A stretch of DNA of 64,000 nucleotides from Eledone cirrhosa (GCA_964016885.1 OZ024743.1:12586001-12650000); one strand, 5' to 3'; shown: positions 12,831 to 25,650, counted from the first letter of the stretch. The notes: generated by a model from the sequence alone, not told the origin. Numbers and translations are program-made.

Positions 12831-13761
12831 ATCATCACATCCACCCCCATATACTCTACACGCCAAGGCCGACCCACCACCACCACCACATCACAGCCCA
12901 CCTCATCCACCGACCGTCACTAACATCTTACCATCACACCCACCCCCATATGCACTACAGGCCAGTACATCGCCTTGATCCTTCCCACCAATCAAAACAA
13001 CTCATTTTGTCAAACTCCTGAATCTCTGACTTTATCACATAGCATGTATTTCATTTTCTTATAGCATTTCAAGAGGGTCCGTCAAGCTGCGGATTATTGA
13101 GTCGGGTAGGATTGATATAGATCGAACCTTGAGCTGATCAGTGGCGAAACGCGCGTCACCTATCAATAAATGCAATGAAGGAATAATCAATCGTCCTTTT
13201 TATCCTTTCTATATATTACACTCTGTATAGCTCTACATCTCATCACAGAAGTGAACCTATACATCGAGTGCTCTCCCGGGTGAACCTGCAGTAACTCCTA
13301 GTTACACCTCCTGGATATATATATATACATACATTCTAATTCCTTAACTATGGATTAAATAGCCTCACCAACCCGCAATTGACCAAGCATTATAAATACG
13401 GTTACACCCCTGATATGACCAAAACCAAACAGAAAGCCGTGGAGGTTAACCAGGGAGGGATTCCTTCAGCAGGAGTGAGAAGGCCTTGGATTGGATTGGA
13501 TTGGATTGGATCATTAACTTTGCCTTTCATCCCTACGGGGTCGATAAAATAAAGTACCAGTAATACACTTGTTATTTGCTGGCTTTGTGCCAACAGTAGA
13601 AACAATTATAATTGGAGCGTTTGTATCGTCGAATGTAGGGCTTGGGGATTACTGACAAAAAGAAAAAAATTCAGTTATCTTCTCATATGTTTACCTAGAT
13701 GTGGGTGGGTATAAGGGAGTGGTGTCATCTCTCTCAGCAAATTTCATCATTCCCACACGTT

Positions 13762-15120
13762 TGTAGTGACCTACATTCCGCGGGCTCACATACATTTTCT
13801 GTGCGTGATTTGGCTCAGCTCAGCCAATCAGCGCCAGTAGAAGAGGATGTATCCCTACGCGTCCTGAGGGAGAAATTCCCCACGAAGATTTGAAGAATCT
13901 TCCTCTCGCACCAGGAACTTCGAACCAGCAACACGTACATGTGACGGTGAGATTTTGTACCTTGGCCTGCCGGCTTTCCGGCGCAAAACCATGCTGCTAA
14001 ATGGCTACCCATTTATTTGCTGTTTTACATGCCTGCATATGCACACATTTCTTTGTCACACACCAACAGGTTGTTCTTAGTGTATGTTCTTCAAACGTAA
14101 TATTCTGCGAGATCCTTTTTCACCTGGTTGAGGTGCCGTCACATGCTAGCGACTCATAGAGCTTAATTCACCTGGATTCAAACAGGCACCGCAACACGAG
14201 AATGCTAATTGCAGCTGAACTCAAACAGTTTCGCATCTCGTTGCACACTCATCGTCCATAACAACGTCCATCTTGTTACCTTACCCGACTCACTGGGAGG
14301 GCAGCAAATGGAACTGGACTTGTCAGCATTTCCACCACTTCTGTGGATTCGCCCGAGTTATGGAATTTACACTGCAACCCACCTACAGATTCAACTTGCT
14401 TTTTTTCTTTTCAAAGCAACCAGCCATTTTTTCCCTGGCTCCTTAGCACATTCGGCAATACATCTGGGAGGCCAACATTTTCTCGCCTACCCATCATCTT
14501 CTTACCAGCACTGGTAAACTACCATAATAGCTTCATCCACAGCTACTGGTACAACACTTACCATTAACATTTAATGCAAGAACGGCAACTTTGCCCATGT
14601 CAGACTTTATCCGTTTTCTGTTAGAGCTTTGGTGGTCACGTATAAACTACAAAACAGCTAGTCATTTGACACAGCGGGTCAACACGGCCCTTAGTGACTC
14701 ATTTTTTTTCTTGCATGCATCCTTCTGCTCAATTATTTTTTCGCTGATGTGCTCTTTCAGCATTTGTTCTTGCTGATTCAATAATCTGTATCGACTTCCG
14801 TCTAGAAGGGGGATATTGTAGTGACCTACATTCCGCGGGCTCACATACATTCTCTGTGCGTGATTTGGCTCAGCTCAGCCAATCAGCGCCAGTAAAAGAG
14901 GATGTATCCATACGCGCCCTGGGGGGGGGGGGATTCCCCGCGAAGATTTGAAGAATCTTCCTCTTGCACCAGGAACTTCGAACCAGCAACACGTACATGT
15001 GACGGTGAGATTTTGCACCTTGGCCTGCCGGCTTTCCGGCGCAATGGCACATTCCCTTTTGTAACCTCATTTTATGTGTAACTTCAACCATACAAGTTAA
15101 CCAACATTATTTGTGCTACA
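13762..15120 (+). mobile_element. LTR-like direct repeat pair around a short non-coding interior
   Basis: ~225-bp repeat at 13762-13986 and 14817-15043, both starting tgtagtg; purine tract agaaggggga just before the second copy; possible end tgctaca at 15120; no clear TSD. Confidence 0.5.
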
Positions 15121-15387
15121 ACAAAAATAAACATACATTTCATCTCTAATTTCTGCTGTTGACGTCATTATTATGTTACTCGTGTCTCAATAACATTTAT
15201 AAACCATGCTGCTAAACGTTTATATTTCACAAACAAACACATGTGAGTGCATCCCCCACACACTGGTATACGATCACCAACATACATACACGCAAACATG
15301 TATACATTCATGTATGTATACAAACACGTATGTATGTATGTATGTATGTATGTATGTATGTATGTATGTATGTATGTATGTATGTAT

Positions 15388-15995
15388 GTCAGGTCACCAG
15401 TTGGTGCTACTGGCAACATGTATCCCAGTACAACCTGTCTCATGGTCGGGTCGTTGGCGACTAAACTGGCAACCCCACCAAGGTTTCATGGTGAGGAGGG
15501 TGACTTTGGACATCCTGCAGGACTAAAAACAAAACCTGTCAAAGGGCAAAGGAGCTCTTAAGAGTCAATGGCCATCCAAAATCACCGGGAGAGATGACCC
15601 CTTAGGCTTTGTCAAGGCAGAATTCTAGGAGAAGGAAAACTCTGATATAACACCTGCAACCCTGATGGTATCCAATGATGTTGACTCGTTCTTCTTTTTG
15701 GTAAATATCATCTTGGTTAAGAGAGTGGGACTGGCTTTGTGCAGTGCCTTTGCTCACTATAAAAGCTTCACGGCACAGGCATTGCTTTATATATGGAGAT
15801 ATCTCTGCACTTGTCGTCACGTGGTGCCATGGGCCCAGCACTATGTGTCAATAATTGTCACAGGTGTAGTGTTTGTACCAGAGTTTTCAAGTCGCTGGCT
15901 GGACTAAAAAGTCACACTTGTTTAGCGAATCGGTAGGGGTTCTCCTACATGGATATAAAGTAGTGGCCGTACTCGAAAACGAGTTGGCAGCCACC
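15388..15995 (+). mobile_element. non-autonomous RTE-derived retroposon, copy 1
   Basis: Near-identical to 26088-26695; middle similar to the RTE 5'UTR at 17900-18140; 3' end similar to the RTE 3' end at 20620-20651; (TATG)n on both sides. Confidence 0.8.
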
Positions 15996-16013
15996 ATGTA
16001 TGTATGTATGTAT

Positions 16014-18182
16014 GTTCCCACAATCATTCCTGTTACCCTTTCCCTTGTACAAGACCACCATTACTGCATCTCTCCAGTCCTCAGGTACGGATTCATTAGC
16101 CCATATCCTTCCAAACAAAGAGTGCAGATGTTGCAGGAGTCTCTCACCACCATATTGTCGGAGCTCAGCATGTATGCCATCCATACCTGGAGATCTTCCA
16201 CTGTTCAGCTTCGAAATAGCCACTGCAACCTCCACAAGCGTCGGAGGTTCTGCGAGAGCTACTTTCACAGGACTTTCTGGAATGAGATTGACGAAATCTT
16301 CACTGACGACAGACGGCTGATTCAAAAGATCATCAAAGTGCTCTCGCCACCTTCGTAGAATTCCCTGTGAGTCACGAAGAAGTTCTTTGCCATCCTTGCT
16401 GCGAAGCGGTGTCACCAGAGAAGAAGACGGTCCATAAACCTCACGCAAGAGACTGTACAACAGCTTTGTGTTATTGGAATCAGACGCAGTTTGTATCTCA
16501 CAAGCCTTCTCACTCCACCACTGATCCTTCATCTGAGAAAGACTCCGCCTAACACGTGATTTTACATCCCTGAGCTCCTCATGCAACGTATTCCTCTCCT
16601 GTGGTTTTGCCGTCAAGTAGCGTGACAGAGCACGCCTCTTATCAGCCAACAAGTCTTCTATATGTACATCATTCTCATTAAACCAGTCCTGATGTTTTCT
16701 CTGCACCAATCCCAGAACACGCCTGCCTACATCATAAACCGACTTTTTAAGGGTCGGCCAATCCTCACCAAGATCTGCAGCCTGCATCTCTTCTTCCAAT
16801 GTCCTCTTCACATTTTTATCCTTAAGACGAGCAGCATTCAATCTTTTGGGCAGGGTAACACCAGGAGCCCGGATTTTACGTTTGGTGATTAGTTTCACTT
16901 TTGCGCGTACCAGGCGGTGGTCCGTCCAGCACTCAGCTCCACGAAGAACACGAACACACTGCACATCCTGTCCGTCACGCATCCTGACTAGGACGTAGTC
17001 CAAAAGATGCCATTCCTTAGATGCAGGATGCATCCATGTGGTCTTGAATTTGTTCTTTTGTTGGAACATGGTGTTGGTAACACACAGATCCAGCTCCTCA
17101 CACATCTGCAACAGGAGCATACCATTGCTGTTACACTTTCCCACCCCATGCCTTCCGATTACATTCCATGTGTTAAAATCCCTACCCACTCAAGCATTAA
17201 AGTCACCAAGCACGATGACTTTGTCTGCCTGAGGGATATTTCTTAGAACACCTTTCAAGGCATGGTAAAAGGACAGTTTTTCTTCATCGACAGAATTCAT
17301 AGTTGGAGCATACACACTCACCAGGGTAGCATATCTTCCTTTGTCCAGCGGAACTCTCATGGACATAAGACGCTCACTAATCCCTACTGGGAATTCTTCT
17401 AATTTATTCACAAGTACAATCTTAACAGCAAATCCTACCCCAGCCTCTCTTCTGGTTCCTTCATCTCTTCCTTTCCAGAAGAATGTATATTCTCCACAAA
17501 ATTCCGTAAGATGACCATCTCCAGCTAACCTCGTCTCAGATAAAGCCACGATGTCAAGATCGTAACGTCGAAGCTCCTTTGCAACAAGAGCGGTCCTTCG
17601 TTCAGGACGCTCCAAGGAATCCCTGTCAAGCAGCGTCCGTACGTTCCAGCAGCCAAGACTAAATGCCTTGTTTGGCTCTATTACAATGGCACGATGACGA
17701 GCGGGCCCAGGCTGTGATAACTTGGGGCCCCTGCCCTTATTGCCAATGATCTTTTTTGTTCCAGAACCTAAATTGCCAATTATCTCTTTTACATTGTTCT
17801 GGAACATCATTGAATTTTGAAAAAAAAAAAAAAAAAAAAAAGTAATAATAATAGTAATAATAATAATAATAATAATAGTACACTATTAATAATTATTAAT
17901 GCACTCGTGCAATGCCTGTGCGTGACGAATATTTTTAAACTGAGGAAAGACTGTGCACTGAGCCAATCCCACTCTCTGAGCGACAGTAGCTATAACCCGA
18001 AAAGAAGAAAAGATCAACATCATCGGTAACTACTGAGCCGCAGGTTTTATATCGGAGTTAACCCAGTTTCCTGAGATGCCTTCTCCTAGAAGAATGCCCT
18101 GACAAGGGCTAGGGGTCCTTCACTCCCAGTGGTTTAACTGCGCGATCGGGCATCCAGCCCGATTATTTCTATGTCCCCGCGC

Positions 18183-18183
<1 letters not shown>
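16014..18183 (-). mobile_element. RTE-clade LINE 5' half (5'UTR, APE endonuclease, linker), inverted
   Basis: WNVRTL, ALSETR, GVGF, SVYAPT, LGDFNA, WHLLDY, TDHRLV motifs; stop codon at ~17190; ends at LYKGKGNRNDCGN. Confidence 0.92.
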
Positions 18184-18217
<34 letters not shown>

Positions 18218-18335
18218 ACTTATTGACACTTATACGTACGACATACACACACACACGCATACGTATGCGCGCACACAGCAACACATACATACAAACAAAC
18301 ACACACACACACGCTACTCTACTCACTTACACGCG

Positions 18336-18366
<31 letters not shown>

Positions 18367-18558
18367 TACCGTCATTACTGATACAAGATTACAAGATTAT
18401 GTCAACTGTTGACTTTCAAGAGTTTGTATAGTTGAAGCCGATCGTATTACAGTCCAGTATTATTATAATTGCTTTACAGCATAGAGCTATGGCTCTCCAC
18501 GCTCTGAGCTCAAATCCCGCCGAGGTCAACCCCGCCTTTCATCCCCACGGAGTCAACA

Positions 18559-20653
18559 AAGGGAAAGGGTAACAAGAATGATTGTGGGAACTACAGAGGT
18601 ATATCATTCCTTTCTGTCGTAGGGAAAGTTTTATGTAGGGTGCTTCTGGACCGTCTGCTGACACACATTGCAGATTGTGTTCTTCCTGAAAGTCAATCTG
18701 GTTTTCGTGCTGGACGCGGCACTACTGATATGATCTTCTCAGCTAGACAGCTCCAGGAGAAGTGCATTGAACAAGGCTTGGATCTGTATCAGGTTTTTGT
18801 CGATCTGACAAAGGCTTTCGATAATTTCAACAGAGATGCATTATGGAAGGTTCTCCAGAAACTTGGTTGCCCTGATAAGTTCCTTGCTTTAGTTAGGTCT
18901 TTCCATGACGACATGAAGGCTTGGGTTAATGTCGGAGGTAACATGTCGGAGCCTATCTCAGTAAAAAATGGAGTGAAACAGGGGGATATTCCAGCACCGA
19001 CCCTGTTTGCCATATACTTTGCAATGGTTTTCTGTATTGCATTCAGGAATTGCGAGCATGGTGTTTACATCCGATATCGAACCTCAGGCAGCATATTTAA
19101 CATCAGGCGCTTTGCTGCGAAGACAAAAGTATTTACATCAATCATAAGAGACCTCTTGTATGCAGATGATTGCGATCTTGTAGCGCACACAGAGAGTGAT
19201 ATGCAGCACATTTTGAATGCATTTTCTGACGCTTGCACTGCCCTGGGTTTGACTGTCAGTCTCAAGAAAACCGTCGTCATGTACCAACCTGCCCCTAGTA
19301 AGCAGTACACTGAACCAAACATCTATGTGTATGGTAAACGACTTGGAGTGGTTGATCAGTTTGTCTACCTGGGAAGCACTGTCAATCGATACGGCAACCT
19401 TGACAGTGAAATCTCACTTAGGATTAGGAAAGCAAGTGATGCTTTCGGAAAGCTAGAAAGGCGACTCTGGGGTCGGCGAGACATATGCAGGAGGACAAAG
19501 GTAAAGGTGTACAGGGCATGTGTACTCTCTTGTCTTCTTTATGCCTGCGAGACCTGGGTCACATATCGACACCACCTTAAGCAATTGGAGCGTTTCCATC
19601 AGATGTGTCTCAGACGGATCCATGGCGTTCACTGGAGGGACCACATCAGTGATGTCGAGATTTTGGAAAGCTCTATGTGTGACAGTATAGAAGCTCTTGT
19701 GCTTAAGCAACGACTCCGTTGGAGTGGTCACCTTGCCAGGATGAAGGATTGTAGAATACCAAAACAACTCTTCTATGGAGAGTTGGTTAAAGGAAAACGA
19801 CCGCCACATAAACCAAAAAAGAGGTATAAGGATTCCTTGAAAGCCTCTCTGAAAGACGCTAACATCTCTGCTGATACATGGGAAAATATTGCTGCTGATC
19901 GTAATAAATGGAGAAAGACTGTATATGAGGGAAAAGTTGCCTTTGAGGCATCTCGAATCGCACACGAGAAAGTAAAGCGGGATGTGAGGAAGGGCATTGC
20001 TGTTACACTTCCAGCACTATGGTGCTGACATGCAGCGTCTGTGCGAGACTCTGCCTAAGCAAAGCTGGACTCGAAAGTCATCTTCGCAGTCATAAAGTAA
20101 GACCAGTGGTTGACTACCAGGCTGCTGTTGGAGATGCTACTCATCATGCTTGCCAAACATGTGGTAGAGAATGTAAATCAGCAGGAGGGCTCAAGCGACA
20201 TGCAAAAGTACACGAACTCCAACCACAGCCGACTATTCCCAGTGAATGTTTTGGTTGCCGACTCTGTGCAAGAAATTTTAGATCATTGGCTGGGCTAAAA
20301 AGCCACATTCGATCGCAGCACTGTTAGTTGCTATCGTGTGTGTGTGTGTGTAGATATGCTTATGTGCGTGCGTGTGTGTGTATATATATATGAATATGTA
20401 TATCATTATTGTTGTTGTCGTTATTATTATTATTGCTATTATTATTATTATTATTATTGTTATTAATGTATGTGTGTGTGTGTGTATGTGTGTGTATGTA
20501 TATATGTATGTATATATATATATATATATATATATGTTTCTTTTTTTTTTATTTATTATTATTATTATTATTATTTTATTTATTTTTTATTTATTTTATT
20601 TTTTTTTATTCTCGTGCAATGGCCATACTCGATAACGAGGGGGCAGCCATCAT
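18559..20653 (+). mobile_element. RTE-clade LINE 3' half (RT, C2H2 fingers, 3'UTR, (TATG)n tail)
   Basis: NYRGIS, QSGFR, FVDLTKAFD, GVKQG, LLYADD, FVYLG, RLRWSGH; three CxxC...HxxxH fingers at 20025-20325. Confidence 0.93.
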
Positions 20654-20766
20654 GTATGTATGTATGTATGTATGTATGTATGTATGTATGTATGTATGTA
20701 TGTATGTATGTATGTATGTACGTACGTGTATATGTATGTACGTACGTATGTATGTATGGTGTCTAT

Positions 20767-20848
<82 letters not shown>

Positions 20849-20849
20849 G

Positions 20850-20884
<35 letters not shown>

Positions 20885-20895
20885 GTATATATATG

Positions 20896-20945
<50 letters not shown>

Positions 20946-20974
20946 TATATACGTATATATACATATATATATAC

Positions 20975-21030
<56 letters not shown>

Positions 21031-21239
21031 GTTATTCCGGGTTGAATCGGAGGTAACCACAGTAAGTAAGGTACTCAATACATAACAGAGATTCCTAAAG
21101 AATGAAACAGTTCTAGTCCTGTAGAATCTCATCTATATTAAAACCTATATATATATATATACACACACATACAGAATAAGAGTAATCGAGACAGATATAG
21201 CTTCATCGTGAACTTAGGCTGCTTAGCACAAAAATACAC

Positions 21240-21285
<46 letters not shown>

Positions 21286-22387
21286 ACGCGCAGACGCACC
21301 CGCGCATACACCCGCGCACACGCACCCGCGCACACGCACACACACGCGCGCTCGCACACACTCATATATAACATATATGCGTAAAGAATTTTAGACGTCT
21401 GTTTTTAAGAAAACTTGCATTGTATTTATTGTTGCTCTTTAATCTACCCACCACACTACACCAGCTATCCACCCTACTCCAACTGCCACCCATACAACCC
21501 CAACCTACCCACGAACCGACCGGTCTACTAACTCTCCTACCTACCTACCTACATCTATTCTTGGTAGATTGGCGTCGAGCCAAAATAAAGATGAACCAAC
21601 TGTCTTTATGAAATAAGCTGAAATAAATAAACAAATAAATATTCTTCTACTGACGCCAAATAATAATCTCTTAGCCAGAAATAAACCGTAATAGCTGCCG
21701 AACATCAGCTTACAAAGATGTTCAGTTTGGTCTTAACAGTTGAAGTTAAGAAGAGGCATTGGAAGAATAACTGAAGCAATATATTATATTATATAATATA
21801 TAGTACACAGCTATTTGTTCAGTGGTTCATTGGTACAGTTCAGGGAGTTATTTTTATTTCATAATCAGAAGTCGAAGGGCTGCCTGTTCTGATTAAACTT
21901 TTATTTTGATATAATAAATTATATTTATATAGGACTTTTGATAAAATGTTTTTTTGTTAAATATTCATTTTTCTCTGTTATATGCAGAATTGAAACATCG
22001 ATTTCAAATAATTGAATTATTACCATTAATTTGACAATAAATAGAGAAAGATCCTGAGACTGAAGCCGAGCTACGAATCAACTGCTTGTCGGTCAACGGT
22101 GCAGCAAAATTACATTAAATATCATTAAAAATAATGTACTAACTTTCATAATACGGGAAATTGAAACAGCTTACAATAGTCATGACGTGTAGAACAAAGA
22201 AGCAAATTATTTCCATTAATTCACTCAATAATGTGAAAGTCAGGTGCATCTAATTTGCTTTTAGATGGTACACAAACACTGGAATGGACTGATACAATGA
22301 GAAAAAGGCTCAAAACCGAGTTCTATGCCACCAGAATTTAACCTCCAGCGAACTGTTCTGACATTAGTAGAGTTGAGTAATACAACA

Positions 22388-22660
22388 TTCTTCTTCTTCT
22401 TCTTCTTCTGAGAGGGTCCTGTCAGAAGCAACTGTCTCCAACTGATACGGCTGGATCCCCAATCGAGACCAGCCAAGCTCATGGATATTATCCAGCCATC
22501 TTGCTCGAGGTCTACCCCTGAGTCTCCTGCCGGTTGGTTTTGCTCATAAAAATCAGACCAGCGATTCTTTCCTGAGACATTCTAATCACATGCCCATAGT
22601 ACCGGAGCTGTGATCTCTCAATTCGGAGAAGTAGCGGCTCTACCTGGAGTGACTCTCAAA
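22388..22660 (-). mobile_element. Rex3/Expander-like RTE LINE 3' fragment
   Basis: Homologous to 32165-32665 and 58846-59398; (GAA)n tail on the minus strand. Confidence 0.7.
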
Positions 22661-22661
22661 G

Positions 22662-22828
22662 AAATATATACCACATAAAACTTATAAACACTAATTTCAG
22701 AAATTAAATAGAACATATTTCATGTATGCCTTCTCAAGGAGTTTTGTTGACCTTGAGAGGTCATACACTAAATATGTTCTATTTAATTTCTCAAATTAGT
22801 GTTTATAAGTTTTATGAAGTATATATTT
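22662..22828. repeat. imperfect foldback, ~78-bp arms and 11-nt loop
   Basis: aaatatatac...ttctcaagg pairs with ccttgagagg...gtatatattt. Confidence 0.85.
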
Positions 22829-23086
22829 TCGATTTTTTTCTTTACTTGGACTACCTTTATTTTCTGTATCTATCCTTTGTGATCCTGTGTCTATTTTTGA
22901 ACTCGTTCGACCTTTCTTTCCCCTTTTCCATATAAAGCGTGAAACTAATAAGACTTTTTTTTACCTCTGTTGTCTCCTTGAACTATAAATATATATATAT
23001 ATATATTTATTAAAATAACATATTAAAGTTTCTATATCTTATCGCGCCCTCTTCGGATTTTAGTCTTCACATTTATTATTATTACT

Positions 23087-23120
<34 letters not shown>

Positions 23121-23429
23121 CGGACTGTTGGGTGGGTTTTAATGGCGGCGCGACCAGCTTCCTGGCGCACAAGCTTACCTGGAGTGCTTGGAAAAATAAA
23201 TTTCCCCTTCTTTCGGTAAATGAAAATACTCGGCGTAGCTTAATTCGCCATGGGGCCCGGGGCGCGGCCGGTGTTTTAACCGCCAAATAGTACCTTTAAA
23301 TTACAGAACAAATCGGGACTATTATATAATAAAAGTTAAACGGTTGAACTTTGAATTTTCTAACCTCTTTAATATTGAATATTGATTATTCATTTTTTTA
23401 ACTTCATCCTAGAAGTCTAAACACTGTAA

Positions 23430-24082
23430 CACACTGACTCCCAATGACCTCTGCTAAGATGCGGGTCCCTGTGGAAATTTTCTCGCGCCACTCCTGGCCT
23501 GACTGTGGTCTGACATTAATATCGACCTTTCTTCCTCTTTCTTTCTATCTTCCTTCTTGTAGCCATCAACCCTTACTTTTCTACTTCTCTCTTCTCTTCC
23601 TTCTCTTCTCCCCTCTTCCTGTATTCCTCCTGCAGACTTATCTTCCTTCCACCTCCTGCTTGCCAATATCTGACCGGTAGTAGTTGCCTTCTTCTTTTAG
23701 CTGACATTAACCCTGGCTTCTCTTCTTCTTTCTTCCCCCTTCTTCTCTCTCCTTCCTTTCTTTCTTTCTTTTACCTTGTGTCATGAGATTGACGTTAACT
23801 TATGTTCCCATCCCTTTCTGTTTTCGTTTATCTGACCGGTAGTAGCATACTAAAAACTTTAACCACGTCACTCCAGGGCGACCGGCTGAGGTTGAAGGAA
23901 CAGAATAGCGGTCGCCCTCGGGTCCTCGATTTTCAGCCCCATGGATTTTATCTATTACATTCACGTATTATATTTCGAATACCTGATGATGTCACCGGAT
24001 TCATACGGAACCCGGTCATTGAAATGATCATAGTATAATAAACCTTTCAAGGATTTACACAAATCCAGCCTCCTGTCATTTC

Positions 24083-24090
<8 letters not shown>
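23430..24090 (+). mobile_element. hammerhead-bearing pseudo-LTR-like element, copy 1
   Basis: 23701-24087 is near-identical to the reverse complement of 49341-49724; pyrimidine-rich body, hammerhead, AATAAA, ends in (TA)n. Confidence 0.75.
23979..24036 (+). ncRNA. type I hammerhead ribozyme
   Basis: atac-CTGATGA-tgtcaccgg...ccggtcatt-GAAA-tgatc-ATA-gtat; palindromic stem III atgatcat. Confidence 0.75.
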
Positions 24091-24118
<28 letters not shown>

Positions 24119-24939
24119 CGAAATTACCTTCACCTATGATGTATATTAAACATGCATCTTAAGTACAGACTTTGTTTCGACAGAACAAGTGTTTTTCTTT
24201 GTTTTGTATTTTTCCTGTTGTTCGTATGTTGACATCTTACTAGCTTTAGATAGATATAACCCCCCCCCCCCCAAAAAAAAAACCAAACAAAAACAACAAC
24301 TAATCTTACTTCTAGTAAAGGAAGACAATTCATGAAAACTAACCTTAGAATTTTAATCCCGGGATTAAGTAATTTAGTTTTGAATACATTCATGTTTCTC
24401 ACTACAAATAACATTTAAATAAGGGGATATCGCCTTAAAGACTGGAAATTATATACTATCATTTTAATTCTCCACTCTCCTTTGATATATATATATACAT
24501 ATAGGGTAGATGAGTCACTATACGTATATTAAATTTAAGAGTCAAACTAACCCGTTTACTCTTCCATAATTGTTATCGTTTTCCCGACTATATTTAAAGT
24601 TTGTTTACGTTATCAAATATTTTCGTGTTTGGAGACATTTTGACATGCGGTTGGTAAAAAAAGTATCTTTTTTTTGTATTATTTAACGATTCTGAAGATT
24701 TCAATATGCATGTGTGTGTGTGTGTATGTGTGTGTGTAAGTGTGTGCGTGCGCGTGTGTTTCTTGACTTTTGTACATTATTCTATATACTATACATGCAC
24801 CTTTGATAAGCTGTAGTGCACCTGAGTACTGTACACAATAATTTTCATTATTATTATACAAAGGAATAAAATGATACTTCCTTCTGTATTTGAAAGAAAC
24901 ACGTGTAAAACAATTAAATAATGTATTAAGCTTTCATTA

Positions 24940-25487
24940 TTGGCAGTATCGGTAGAGGGTCGGACATGCTTTCCAGCATAGTTACGTCGCCTTACGATCT
25001 GAGTTCAAATCCTGCCGAGGTTAACTTTGCCTTTCATCCTTACGGGGTCGATAAAATAAAGTACCAGAAACGTACTGGGTAATTGCTGGCCTTGTGCCAA
25101 ATGTAGAAACAATTATTGGCAGTAATGATAGAGGGTGGGACGCCCTGCTTTGACACATAGAGTTACGTCCCTTGCCATTCTGAGTTCAAATCCCGTCGAG
25201 GTTAACTTTGCCTTTCATCCTTACAGGGTCGATACAATAAAGTACCAGTAATGCACTGGGTAATTGCTGGCCTTGTGCCAAAAGTAGAAACAATTATTTA
25301 TGGATTGGCAGTATCCGTAGAGGGTCGGACACAATGCTTTGACGCATAGAGTTATGCCCCTTTATGATCTGAGTTCAAATCCCGCCGAGGTTAACTTTGC
25401 CTTTCATATTTACGGGATCGATAAAATAAAGTACCAGTAATGCACTGGGTAATTGCTGGCCTTGTGCCAAAAGTAGAAACAATTATT
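24940..25487 (+). mobile_element. three head-to-tail tRNA-derived SINEs (family A)
   Basis: Three ~180-bp units, each with box A, box B, core and gtagaaacaattat end. Confidence 0.88.
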
Positions 25488-25584
25488 TATTCATTCATTA
25501 TATATATATATACATCAATGAATCGAAACAACAGAAGTAAGCTTTATTTCATCTTTGTTTTTCTGTATTTTTCTGTTCAACTTC

Positions 25585-25650
25585 TGGCTGTCTGATGAGA
25601 TCGTATCTGTTGCATAACGGTTATCACCGAAATATATATATATAACACCG
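25585..25650 (+). ncRNA. hammerhead-like motif
   Basis: tgt-CTGATGA-gatcg...cggttatcacc-GAAA-(TA)6-aca. Confidence 0.5.

Noticed and set aside
15388-15475. HDV-like ribozyme at the 5' end of the RTE-derived element (gg-gtcgttggcga-ctaa-actgg)
   Set aside because: P4, J4/2 and P2-like parts are suggestive, but P1 and a proper L3 loop could not be built by eye; needs a descriptor search
24940-25030. tRNA genes at SINE heads
   Set aside because: Box A and B are present but run into the SINE core, with no intact cloverleaf or terminator
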